Source of the DNA: an uncultured Candidatus Rokubacteria bacterium
GTDB taxonomy: Bacteria; Methylomirabilota; Methylomirabilia; Rokubacteriales; CSP1-6
Length of the DNA stretch: 64,000 bases
Reading direction: 5' to 3'
NCBI GenBank assembly: GCA_963762145.1
Contig: CAVXJS010000014.1
Location: 320,001 to 384,000, forward strand
A program made the position numbers and the translations under genes. Positions 36,734 through 45,774 of this stretch are shown piece by piece. Under the pieces are notes generated by a model. It was not told the origin of the DNA. It saw only the letters and a program-made list of their open reading frames with translations, and did no database searches. The first letter of the stretch is position 1, and the number at the start of each line of letters is the position of its first letter.

Positions 36734-39121
36734 TTGAGCCAGCGCCAGACTTGCTCCGGCGTGATCGGCAGCGAGCGGACCACCACGCCCAGGTGCGCGA
36801 GCGCGTCCTCCACCGCGTTCGCGACCGCGGCGGGGCCCGGGATCGCGCCGCCCTCGCCCACGCCCTTGGCGCCGAGCGGGGTGACCGGCGAGGGATGCTC
36901 GAGCCGGTCCACGTCGATGAGCGGCACGTCCACCGCGGTGGGCTTGAGATAGTCCATGAACGTCGAGGTGAGGAGCTGTCCCTGCGCGTCGTAGCGAAAC
37001 TCCTCGAGCAGCGCGGCGCCGATGCCGTGCGCGGTCGCGCCGTGCACCATGCCCTCGACGATCAGCGGGTTGAGCTCGCGGCCGCAGTCGTGCACCACCA
37101 GGTAGTCGAGGATCTTGACGAGCCCGGTGCGCGGATCCACCTCGACGAGGCAGCAGTGCGCCGCGTTGGAGAAGACGAGCTGGGAGCGCACGCGGCGCTC
37201 GCCATCGATCGGCTGCGCGAGCGGGTTCTGATGCGCGTGGCGGGCCTCGAGCCCCGGCTCCTCGCCGGGCGGCAGCCCGAGCACGTCGGCGTAGGCGGTG
37301 CGCGCCAGCTCCGCGAAGCCGAGCCGCCGGTCCGGCGCGCCGCGCACCGCGACCGCGCCGCCCCCCAGCTCGAGATCGGCGACCGCGGCCTCCAGGCGGT
37401 GCGCGGCGATGCGCAGCAGCTTGGCCCGCACGCGCGCGGCCGCGCCCACCACCGCGCCCACGTCGGTGACCGAGAACTTGTTGGAGTAGTTGCCGGAGAG
37501 GTAGAGCCAGGGCGTGGTCGCCGAGTCGAAGCCGCGGGCCACCGTGATCGCGTCGGGGGCGAGGCCGAGCTCGTCGGCCACGATCTGGGCGAGGACCGTC
37601 TCGTAGCCCTGGCCGCTCGGCGGATCGCCCAGGGATACCCGCACCTGGCCGTCGGGCTCCACGCGCACCATCGCCGCCTCCGCCGAGCCCGACGCGGCGC
37701 GCCGGCCGGTGACGATCTCGTAGGAGGCGAGGTTGGTGCCGGCCGGCTCTACCGAGGTGGCGATGCCGATACCGAGCAGCCGGCCCTCGCCGCGCGCGGC
37801 CGCCTGCTCGGCCCGGCGCCGCGGGTAGTCGAACCGCTCGACCGCGCGCCGCAAGGTCGCGGGGTAGTCGCCGCTGTCGTATCGGGCGCCCGGCGGTGTC
37901 GTGTAGGGCATCTGCTCGGCGGTCACGTAGTTGCGCTGCCGCAGCTCGGCCGGGTCCAGGCCGAGGCGCCGCGCCAGCAGCGCCATCGCGCGCTCGATCG
38001 CGAAGCACATGAACGGCTTGCCGATGCCGCGATTGGCCCCGCTCGGGCACTTGTTGGTCAGCACCGACCAGGCCTCGTAGCGCACCGCGGGGATCCGGTA
38101 GCCGTTGACGATGTTGCCGAGCTTGATCAGGTTGTGCTGGGTCGGGGTGATGAGGTTCTTGCCCTCGTCCGCGACGTCGCGCACCGCGAGGGCCAGCACG
38201 GTGCCGTCGTCCCGGTAGCCCAGCTCCACGTCCATGATCCCGTTGCACGCGTGCATCAGCGCGGTGAGGTTCTCGATCCGGTCCTCGATCCACTTCACGG
38301 GGCGGCCGGTCGCGCGCGCGAGCAGCGCGCAGATCAGCAGGTAGGCGGGGCGGCGCTTGTTGCCGAAGCCGCCGCCGATGTCGGGGCAGGCGAGCCGGAC
38401 CCGCGCCTGCGGCACGCCGAGCGAGGCGGCCAGCACCGAGATGGTGAGGCCCGGACGCTGGTCGTTGGTCCAGAACTCGTACCCGTCGGTGCCCGCGTCG
38501 TACTCCGCGATGCAGCCGAAGGTCTCGAGCGGGGTCGAGGCGTAGCGCTGGATCGTGAATCGCTCGCGCAGCACGCCGTCCGCGCGCGCCATCGCCTCGT
38601 CGACCGGGCCGTAGGTGAGCGTGTCGTGCCAGATCACGTTGGTGCCGAGCTGCGGGTAGAGGAGCGGCGCGCCGGGCGCGATGGCGGCTTCGGGATCCAC
38701 CACCGCCGGCAGCGGCTCGTACTCGACGCGGATCCGCTCGAGCGCGTCCTCCGCGGTCGCGCGGTCGACCGCAGCCACCGCGGCCACCGGCTCGCCCGCG
38801 TAGCGCGCGCGATCGACCGCCAGGCAGTGAGTCGGGCACCGCCGCGGTGGTGGGGATGAGCGGACGGATGGGGCCGGAGCGCGCGGCCGCCTCGGCGCCG
38901 GTCAGGACCGCGAAGACGCCGGGCATCGCCTCCGCCTCGCGCGTGTCGATCGCGACGATGCGCGCGTGGGCGTGCGGGCTGCGCAGCATGGCCGCGTGGA
39001 GCATCCGCGCGCGGCCGAGATCGTCCACGAAGCGGCCGCGCCCGGCGACGAGGCGCGCGTCCTCCTTGAGCGGCAGCGGCCGCCCGACCCAGCCCGCGCC
39101 CGGCGCCGTCTCGTGGCTCAC
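36730..39121 (-). CDS. Xanthine dehydrogenase/CoxL-family molybdopterin subunit (one frameshift near 38830)
   Basis: EDARLVAGRGRFVDD, RSPHAHA, GGGFGNK, GQGYET, AKGVGEGG; GAC-T-CAC-TGC has one extra base. Confidence 0.88.
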
Positions 39122-39615
39122 GCGCGCGTTCCCGCCGCGCGCGCGGCGACCGCCTGCTCGACCGCGCGCACGATGTTGACGTAGCCGGTGCACATGCAGA
39201 GGTTGCCGGAGATCGCCTCGCGGAGGGCCTCGGTCGAGGGCGCGGGCTCCCGGGCCAGCAGCTCGGTGGTGGTCACGATCATGCCCGGCGTGCAGAAGCC
39301 GCACTGCATGGCGTGGCAGACGCGGAAGGACTCCTGGAGCGGGCTCAGGCCGTCGGGCGGCGTGAGGCCTTCGATCGTGGTCACCGCGCGGCCGTCGAGC
39401 TGCGCCGCGAAGAGCAGGCAGCTCCGCGCGCTCCGGCCGTCCACCAGCACCGTGCAGGCGCCGCAGACGCCGTGCTCGCAGCCCACGTGGGTGCCGGTGA
39501 GGCCGAGATCCTCCCGGAGGAAGTCGGCCAGCGAGCGGCGCGCCTCGACCACCTGCTCCACCGGGCGGCCGTTGACGGTGAAGCGCACCGCGATGCGCTC
39601 TCCCGGCGCGGTCAT
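39118..39615 (-). CDS. (2Fe-2S)-binding subunit (CoxS-like)
   Basis: GCEHGVCGACT, QCGFCTPG, GNLCMCTGY. Confidence 0.93.
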   Translation of the reverse strand: MTAPGERIAVRFTVNGRPVEQVVEARRSLADFLREDLGLTGTHVGCEHGVCGACTVLVDGRSARSCLLFAAQLDGRAVTTIEGLTPPDGLSPLQESFRVCHAMQCGFCTPGMIVTTTELLAREPAPSTEALREAISGNLCMCTGYVNIVRAVEQAVAARAAGTRA

Positions 39616-40511
39616 CGCGCTCGTCCCGGAAGGCGCGCGGCGGCCTGGAGCAGGGCCCGCTCGGTGAGCACGGCGGCCAGATGCCGGCGATAGTCCGCCG
39701 AGCCGTGGACGTCGCTCGGCGGATCGCAGTCGGCGCCCGCCGCGGCGCCGGCGCGGGCCGCGCGGGCGGCGTCGAGGGGCGCGCCGGCCAGCAGCCGTTC
39801 CGCGCCGCTGAGCCGGACCGGCCGATCCCCGACGCCGAACCCCACCAGCCGCACCTCCCCCTCTCCCCCGCGAGGGGGAGAGGGCAGGGTGAGGGGACGG
39901 CGGTCGCGCAGGACGGCCACGACCCCGGCCAGCGCAAAGTCCCCGGGCCGCCGCGCGATCTCCACGAACCCCCACCCCGGCGGCTGCACCGGGACGTCGA
40001 TCGCGGTCAGGATCTCGTCGGCCTCGAGCGCGGTGGTGAGCAGCCCACGGAAGAACGCGTCCGCCGCGATCTCGCGCGGGCCGCGTGGGCCCGTGATCCG
40101 GACGCGCGCGTCGAGCGCCAGGAGCGTCGCGGGCAGCTCCGCGGCCGGATCGGCGTGCGCGAGGCTGCCGCCGAGGGTGCCCTGGTTGCGGATCGCGGCG
40201 TGGCCCACGTGGCGCGCGGCCTCGGCGAGGAGGGGCGCGCGCTCGATCACGGCCGGCGAGGCCGCGAGCTCGGCGTGGCGCGTGAGGGCGCCGAGGCGGA
40301 GCCCGCCGTCCGCGGTGGGCGTGATGCCGGTCAGCTCGCTCACGCGGTTGACGTCCAGCAGCACCGCGGGCCGCACGAGGCGCATGTTCAGCATCGGGAC
40401 CAGGCTCTGGCCGCCCGCGAGGAGCTTGGTGTCGGCGGGCGCCTCTGCGAGGAGCGCGAGCGCCTCGCCGAGGCTCTCCGCGCGCGCGTAGCGGAACCGG
40501 GCCGGCTTCAT
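39612..40511 (-). CDS. FAD-binding subunit (CoxM-like)
   Basis: MKPARFRY, AGGQSLVP, IRNQGTLGGS, GSADYR. Confidence 0.93.
   Translation of the reverse strand: MKPARFRYARAESLGEALALLAEAPADTKLLAGGQSLVPMLNMRLVRPAVLLDVNRVSELTGITPTADGGLRLGALTRHAELAASPAVIERAPLLAEAARHVGHAAIRNQGTLGGSLAHADPAAELPATLLALDARVRITGPRGPREIAADAFFRGLLTTALEADEILTAIDVPVQPPGWGFVEIARRPGDFALAGVVAVLRDRRPLTLPSPPRGGEGEVRLVGFGVGDRPVRLSGAERLLAGAPLDAARAARAGAAAGADCDPPSDVHGSADYRRHLAAVLTERALLQAAARLPGRAR
39859..39896. repeat. CCCTCTCCC..GGGAGAGGG repeat inside the CoxM-like CDS
   Basis: CCCTCTCCCCCGCGAGGGGGAGAGGGCAGGGTGAGGGG, translated as PLTLPSPPRGGEG. Confidence 0.88.
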
Positions 40512-40561
40512 GTGCTACCTTCGGGGCCCGAGCCGTCAACCTTCACGCGTCGAGGAGCGTC

Positions 40562-40912
40562 ATGAAAATCCATCATCTCTTCGTGGACAAGCAGGGCGAG
40601 TCGCACTTCGAGGACATGGAGATCCCGTACATCGAGACCGGTCGCGCCGGAAAGCTCTCGGCGCGGCTCCCAGCGACCGGGATCATATTCCGGGAAGTTG
40701 CGCCCGACTACGATCTCGACTGGCACCCGGCGCCGCGGCGGCAGTACATCATCAACCTCGACGCGGGCGTGCAGATCACCGCGAGCGACGGCCAGTCGCG
40801 CAAGATCGGCGCCGGCGAGGTGATCCTGGTCGAGGACACCTGGGGCAAGGGTCACCTGTCGAAAGCTCTGGACGGCAAGCTGCGCCACTGCATCTTCGTC
40901 CCGATCGAGTAG
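40562..40912 (+). CDS. Cupin-like hypothetical protein
   Basis: GESHFED, WHPAPRRQY, EDTWGKGH. Confidence 0.85.
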   Translation: MKIHHLFVDKQGESHFEDMEIPYIETGRAGKLSARLPATGIIFREVAPDYDLDWHPAPRRQYIINLDAGVQITASDGQSRKIGAGEVILVEDTWGKGHLSKALDGKLRHCIFVPIE

Positions 40913-41041
40913 CCGGGGGCCGATAAAGGCCCCATCTGCGGGAGTGCGGCGCCCTCGACCGCACGCTCAACGTACAGGGAGTACGCCTCGCGTGCGGTCT
41001 TCGGGCGCCGCCTCGCAGCTGGACCTTTCTCGGCCCCCGGC
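40912..41041. repeat. 130-bp long imperfect hairpin (MITE/REP-like)
   Basis: Terminal GCCGGGGGCCGA/TCGGCCCCCGGC with nested stems GCGGCGCCC, GACCGCACGC, CGTAC. Confidence 0.8.
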
Positions 41042-41060
41042 GGCTGCATTGGGCACAGGA

Positions 41061-42227
41061 TCAGGTCCGGTTGGCGAGCACCAGCGTGCCGGCGGCGGAG
41101 AGCATGCCGCCCATGCCGTTGACGAGCGAGCAGCTCGCGCCGGGCACCTGGCGCGCGCCGCACTCGCCGCGGAGCTGGCGGGTGGCCTCGATGATCGGGA
41201 AGATGCCGTACATGCCGGAGTGGGTGTAGGAGAGCCCGCCGCCGTTGGTGTTGATCGGCAGCGTGCCGCCCGGGGTCGAGCGCCCCTCCGAGAAGAACTG
41301 CACGCCCTCGCCCGGCTTGGCCATGCCGAGCGACTCCAGCATGATCGGCGGCCCCGACGTGAAGGCGTCGTAGAGCATGACGTGGTTGAAGTCCTTGTTG
41401 GACACGCCGGCCATCGAGAAGGCGCGCTCGCCGGCCAGCCGCGTGGCCGCGCTGATCGAGAGGCTGTCCATCTGGGTCACCATCACGTGCTCGGTGGCCT
41501 CGCCGAAGCCGCGCACGTAGACCGGCGGCTTGGCGCAGTCCTTGGCCCGATCCGCGCGCGTGAGCACCACCGCGCCGCCCGCGTCGGTGACGAGGCAGAT
41601 GTTGAGCAGGTTGAACGGGTAGGAGACCGGGCGCGAGCTCAGCACGTCGGCCACCGTGATCGGATCGCGGAAGCGCGCCTTCGGGTTGAGGGCGGCCCAC
41701 TTCCGGGTGGACACCGCGACCTGCGCCCACTGCTCGAGCGTGGTGCCGTGCTCGTGCATGTGGCGCGTGGTGATCATGCCGAAGTAGCTGGTGGCGCCGC
41801 CGAAGCCGTAGGGGAACTCGAACTGCCCGCTGAGGGCGGTGTCGCGGCTGCGGGTGACCCCGGTGCCCGAGCGGCCGGATTCTCCATGAGAGACGACGGC
41901 CACCTCGCAGAGGCCGTGCTGGAGCGCGGCCACCGCGTGGCCCACCATGATGATGAACGAGCAGCCCCCGACCGTCGTCCCGTCCACGTAGCGCGGCTTG
42001 ACGCCCAGCGCCTCGCCGAGGGTGGCGGGCGAGTGCTGGCCCGCGGTGAAGATGCCGTCGACGTCCTTGACCTTGAGGCCCGCGTCGCGGACCGCGTTGG
42101 AGATCGCTTCCAGGTGCAGGGAGAGCTGGCTCGTGTTCGGCAGGGTGCCGATCTGATCGCTCTCGTCCACGCCCACGATGCAGGCGACGTTGCGCAGCTC
42201 CCGCTGGCGCTCGGAAACCGTGGCCAT
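41061..42227 (-). CDS. Thiolase-like protein (SCP-x/Ltp2 type)
   Basis: WAALNPKA, TDAGGAVV, YDAFT, NTNGGGLSYTH. Confidence 0.9.
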   Translation of the reverse strand: MATVSERQRELRNVACIVGVDESDQIGTLPNTSQLSLHLEAISNAVRDAGLKVKDVDGIFTAGQHSPATLGEALGVKPRYVDGTTVGGCSFIIMVGHAVAALQHGLCEVAVVSHGESGRSGTGVTRSRDTALSGQFEFPYGFGGATSYFGMITTRHMHEHGTTLEQWAQVAVSTRKWAALNPKARFRDPITVADVLSSRPVSYPFNLLNICLVTDAGGAVVLTRADRAKDCAKPPVYVRGFGEATEHVMVTQMDSLSISAATRLAGERAFSMAGVSNKDFNHVMLYDAFTSGPPIMLESLGMAKPGEGVQFFSEGRSTPGGTLPINTNGGGLSYTHSGMYGIFPIIEATRQLRGECGARQVPGASCSLVNGMGGMLSAAGTLVLANRT

Positions 42228-42232
42228 GGCGC

Positions 42233-42649
42233 TCACCGCCTCGGCTGGAACAGCGGCAGGGTCACGTCGTCGCTCACCTTGGTGAAGACCACCTCCACCG
42301 GCATGTCGCACTTGATCGCCTTCGGAGAGGGCTCGATGTTGATCAGGTTCGACATCATGCGGGGCCCCTCTTCCAGCTCGATCATGGCGAGGACGTAGGG
42401 CGGCTTGATCTTCCACGCCTTCTGGAAGGCCTGGTGGGCGATCTCGAACGAGTGGAGCTTCCCCCGGCCGCTCGCCTGCATCCAGCCGACGCGCCGCGAG
42501 TGGCAGCGTGGGCACAGGATGCGCGGGTAGAAGAAGACGTGCGCGCACTCCTCGCAGCGGGGGAGCATGAGCTTCCCGGCGTGGCAGCCGTCCCAGAACG
42601 GCTTGGCTTCCGGGGTCATCGGCGTGGGCAGCGGGCGATCGGCGTCCAT
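42233..42649 (-). CDS. Zn-ribbon/OB-fold (DUF35) protein
   Basis: PFWDG, CEEC..CPRC, ELEEGPRMMSN. Confidence 0.92.
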   Translation of the reverse strand: MDADRPLPTPMTPEAKPFWDGCHAGKLMLPRCEECAHVFFYPRILCPRCHSRRVGWMQASGRGKLHSFEIAHQAFQKAWKIKPPYVLAMIELEEGPRMMSNLINIEPSPKAIKCDMPVEVVFTKVSDDVTLPLFQPRR

Positions 42650-42740
42650 GAGGCTCCTCTCTCGCGACGGGGTGATGACGAGACCGCTGAGACTCTACGC
42701 GCGGGCGGGGAAGGTGTCAACGAAGGGGGCGGCGCGCCGC

Positions 42741-43523
42741 TCAGACCGCGGGCTCGCCCGCGGTGACCGCGATGCACTGGCCGGAGAGGTTCTTGGCCGC
42801 GTCGCTGCAGAGGTAGACCGCGAGGGTGGCGATGTCGTCCGCGGTGGTCATGCGCTTGAGCGGCGCGCGCTCGACGAAGCTCCGGCGCATGTCCTCGACC
42901 GCCACCCCGCGCACCTCGGCCTGCCCGGCGATGACGCGGTCGATGCGATCGCCCTCGACGGCGCCCGGGGCGATCGCGTTGACCCGGATGTTGAGCGGGG
43001 AGAGCTCGAGCGCGAGGCCGTAGGTCATGCCGACCTGCCCCGCCTTGGCCGAGCAGTAGCCGATGCGGAATGGGAGCCCGCGCCGACCCGCGGTGGACGA
43101 GACGTTGATGATCACCCCGCCGCCCGCCCGGATCATCTCCGGCACCGCGAAGCGCGTGCACATGTAGGAGCTGGTGAGGCAGGAGTTGATCGTGTAGAAC
43201 CAGTCGTCGGTCGTGTACTCCTGCACGCGCTTGGTCGGCCCGCCGTCGCCCGCGTTGTTCACGAGGACGTCGAGCTTGCCAAACGCTTTGACGCCCGCCG
43301 CGACCATTTTCTTCACGTCGCCTTCCGTGGCCGCGTCGCCGGTCACCGCCACCGCGCGGCCGCCGTCGCCCTGGATCAGCGCGGCGGTTTCCTCCACCAG
43401 GTCGCGGCTGCGAGCCGCGCAGACCACCGCGGCGCCTTCCTTCGCGAACAGGCGGCTCATCACGCGACCGATGCCCTTGCTGGCGCCGGTGATGAGCGCC
43501 ACCTTCCCGTCGAGCTGTCCCAT
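42741..43523 (-). CDS. Short-chain dehydrogenase/reductase
   Basis: TGASKGIG, NNAG, YCSAK. Confidence 0.92.
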   Translation of the reverse strand: MGQLDGKVALITGASKGIGRVMSRLFAKEGAAVVCAARSRDLVEETAALIQGDGGRAVAVTGDAATEGDVKKMVAAGVKAFGKLDVLVNNAGDGGPTKRVQEYTTDDWFYTINSCLTSSYMCTRFAVPEMIRAGGGVIINVSSTAGRRGLPFRIGYCSAKAGQVGMTYGLALELSPLNIRVNAIAPGAVEGDRIDRVIAGQAEVRGVAVEDMRRSFVERAPLKRMTTADDIATLAVYLCSDAAKNLSGQCIAVTAGEPAV

Positions 43524-43653
43524 GGGTTCGTTCTCCGTCCTCGGGTAAATCTTACGCCGCCGGGAGTGTACCTTTTTCTCCGGCCGCGCGAATCACGAAG
43601 GTCCACCTCCCCAGTTGTCGGGGTTTACACGCGGCGTCGTCCTCGACCCACGA

Positions 43654-43669
43654 TGGCATGCGGGTTGAA
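43654..43669 (+). promoter_or_regulatory. Possible sigma-54 promoter
   Basis: TGGCATGCGGGTTGAA (GG-N10-GA; the -12 C is mismatched) just upstream of SD AGGAGG and ATG 43694. Confidence 0.4.
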
Positions 43670-43693
43670 GAGGAGATGTGCAGGAGGTCAACC

Positions 43694-43918
43694 ATGACGA
43701 CGAAATCCGTGAAGACCAGGATCGCATCTGCCGTGATCGGCCTTTCGCTGGTCACGATTGCCACGACGGCATGTGGAACGCTGGGCGGCGCCGCGGTCGG
43801 CGCCGGTGCGGGCGCTGCGGTGGGAGCCGGAACCGGTTATGGGGCCGGCAAGGGCGCGCTGATCGGGACGGGTGTGGGCGCCGCCGCCGGCGCCATCTAC
43901 GACATCACCAAGGACTAG
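43694..43918 (+). CDS. Small glycine-zipper lipoprotein
   Basis: Signal peptide ending TTA/C, then GGAAVGAGAGAAVG..GALIGTGVGAAAG. Confidence 0.8.
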   Translation: MTTKSVKTRIASAVIGLSLVTIATTACGTLGGAAVGAGAGAAVGAGTGYGAGKGALIGTGVGAAAGAIYDITKD

Positions 43919-43930
43919 CCGGAGGAGCTC

Positions 43931-44212
43931 ATGAAGCCGTACAAGGCATTGGCAGTGGGTATGATGGTCGCGATCCCGCTCTGCGCGGGGTTCGCGGGCG
44001 CGCAGAGCAAGCCCGCGTGCGATCAGCAGAAGGCGGCGGCGCCTCAGAAGGTGGAGGGGCGCGTGGTGCGGGTGGACTCTGCGGGCGGCAAGGTCGCGGT
44101 GGCGGCGGCCGACGGCAAGACGCACGAGTTCCAGGTCTCGAAGGAGACGCTCAAGGATCTGAAGGTCGGGGACAAGATCCAGGCCAATCTCAGCTCGCTT
44201 CCGGCCTGCTGA
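43931..44212 (+). CDS. Small exported beta-barrel (OB-fold-like) protein
   Basis: Signal peptide; VEGRVVRVD..LKVGDKI; two Cys in the mature part; SD GGAGGAG. Confidence 0.75.
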   Translation: MKPYKALAVGMMVAIPLCAGFAGAQSKPACDQQKAAAPQKVEGRVVRVDSAGGKVAVAAADGKTHEFQVSKETLKDLKVGDKIQANLSSLPAC

Positions 44213-44232
44213 TCGTGTTGCTCTAGTTAGCT

Positions 44233-44265
44233 CGCCGGCGGGGCGGTTATGCGGCCCCGCCGGCG
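44233..44265 (+). terminator. Putative terminator hairpin
   Basis: CGCCGGCGGGGC-N9-GCCCCGCCGGCG followed by TCATTT. Confidence 0.55.
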
Positions 44266-44322
44266 TCATTTGCGGTTTCGCGCGGGGGTGCGCTACGATC
44301 CGGGTCGGAGGGAGACCCGGTC

Positions 44323-45384
44323 ATGAACATCCTCAAGTCCCTGGCGGTGAAGAACGTCGAGGAGGCCACGCGCGACATCCCGGTCATCGACTTCTCGCCG
44401 GCCTTCGCTGGAACCCCGGGTGGTCTCGAGGCCGTCGCGCGCCAGGTCAAGCACGCCAGCGAGTCCGTCGGCTTCTTCTATCTGGCCGGCCACGGGGTCC
44501 CGGACGCGGTGGTGGACGCGGCCTTCGCGGCCTCGCGCGAGCTGCACGCGATCCCCGATGCGGAGAAGCAGCGGCTCAAGCTCAACGAGAACAACATCGG
44601 CTACCTGCCGGTGAACCAATCCATCCAGGGGGCCTCGACGATCCACAAGGCCACCCGTCCCAACTACAACGAGAGCTTCTTCATCAGCCACGATCGCGCC
44701 GCCGACCATCCCGACGTGGTGGCAGGCGTGCCGCTGCGCGGCCGCAACCAGTGGCCCGAGGGGCACGAGCGCATGCGGGCCGCGATGGTGACCTACTTCA
44801 AGACCCTCGAGGGAGTCGGCGAGCGCATGCTGCCGGTGCTGGCCCGGGCGCTCGGGATGCCCGCGGAGCACTTCGCCTCGTTCTTCGCCGACGAGGCGCA
44901 CATCAACCTGCGCTTCCTGCACTACCCGCCGCAGGACATCGCCGACGACGAGCAGTTCGGGCAGGGCCCGCACACCGACAACTCGTTCATCACGATCCTC
45001 GCGCGCACCGAGGTGCCGGGGCTGGCGGTGCGGCTGCCGTCCGGGGAGTGGCTGGCGCCCCCGCTGATCCCGGGCACGTTCCTGGTCAACCTGGGCAACA
45101 TGATGAAGCGGTGGTCCAACGACCGCTTCCTCTCGACGCCGCACGCGGTGCTGAACGAGTCCGGGACCGACCGCTACTCGATCGCGTTCTTCTACAGCCC
45201 CAACATCGCCACGAGCATCGAGTGCCTGCCGAGCTGCACCGGGCCGGACGATCCGCCGCGCTACCCCCCCGCGGTCTACGGCGACCTCGTGCTCGAGTTC
45301 TACAACGCGAACTACTTCCACCGGAAGAATTTCGTGCAAGCCGAGGGCGGACAAGCGCGCGAATCTACAGACGCGAACTACTAG
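44323..45384 (+). CDS. Isopenicillin N synthase-family 2OG-Fe(II) oxygenase
   Basis: IPVIDF, GFFYLAGHGV, HTD, STPHAV, RYS. Confidence 0.92.
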   Translation: MNILKSLAVKNVEEATRDIPVIDFSPAFAGTPGGLEAVARQVKHASESVGFFYLAGHGVPDAVVDAAFAASRELHAIPDAEKQRLKLNENNIGYLPVNQSIQGASTIHKATRPNYNESFFISHDRAADHPDVVAGVPLRGRNQWPEGHERMRAAMVTYFKTLEGVGERMLPVLARALGMPAEHFASFFADEAHINLRFLHYPPQDIADDEQFGQGPHTDNSFITILARTEVPGLAVRLPSGEWLAPPLIPGTFLVNLGNMMKRWSNDRFLSTPHAVLNESGTDRYSIAFFYSPNIATSIECLPSCTGPDDPPRYPPAVYGDLVLEFYNANYFHRKNFVQAEGGQARESTDANY

Positions 45385-45430
45385 CTAGACTGCGCCGAGA
45401 GGCAACATCGGGCACCCTTGATCGGGTGAC

Positions 45431-45774
45431 CTAGTCCTCTTGATCCGCCTGCAACTCACCCGGCAGGATTGGCTCGTATTTCCCCAGGATGAGTAGCCGC
45501 AACTCCATCTCCAGCTCCATCACCGTTTTCGGGATGGTTTCATCGCAGACCTCACAGGGTGCGTTGATGCCGCTCCGATGAAGATCCTGTTGGGCTTCCA
45601 TGCCGGGGGATTAGCACACCTCGTGCCAGGCGGATTGTCTTTCGCCGCAAGGGTTTGAGCGCTCGCCTGTCTCTTCTTAACCAGGAGGTCGCCAAGAATT
45701 TCCGGGTAGGTTCTACCTTCGGATAGGGGCGTGGAGTCGAGTTCCGTCGGGCTCAGGGTTGGCCGCCGCGTCAT
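45431..45774 (-). pseudogene. Lower-GC segment, probable decayed small Cys-containing gene
   Basis: Overlapping weak ORFs: 45520-45774 and 45431-45601 (PCEVCDETIPK). Confidence 0.3.

Noticed and set aside
38825-38835. Programmed frameshift in the Mo subunit
   Set aside because: No slippery sequence; a single extra C resembles the indel errors seen elsewhere
35492-39937. 1481-aa ORF suggesting a Mo-enzyme/MFS fusion
   Set aside because: Chance open frame joining the CoxL N-terminus (via the frameshift) and the separately started MFS at GTG 36733
36730-40511. Aerobic CO dehydrogenase
   Set aside because: Lacks the AYxCSFR loop and cox accessory genes
44207-44230. C-terminal Cys-TGA in the small exported protein as a third Sec site
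   Set aside because: Readthrough adds only five residues, there is no redox-family context, and the nearby hairpin fits a terminator
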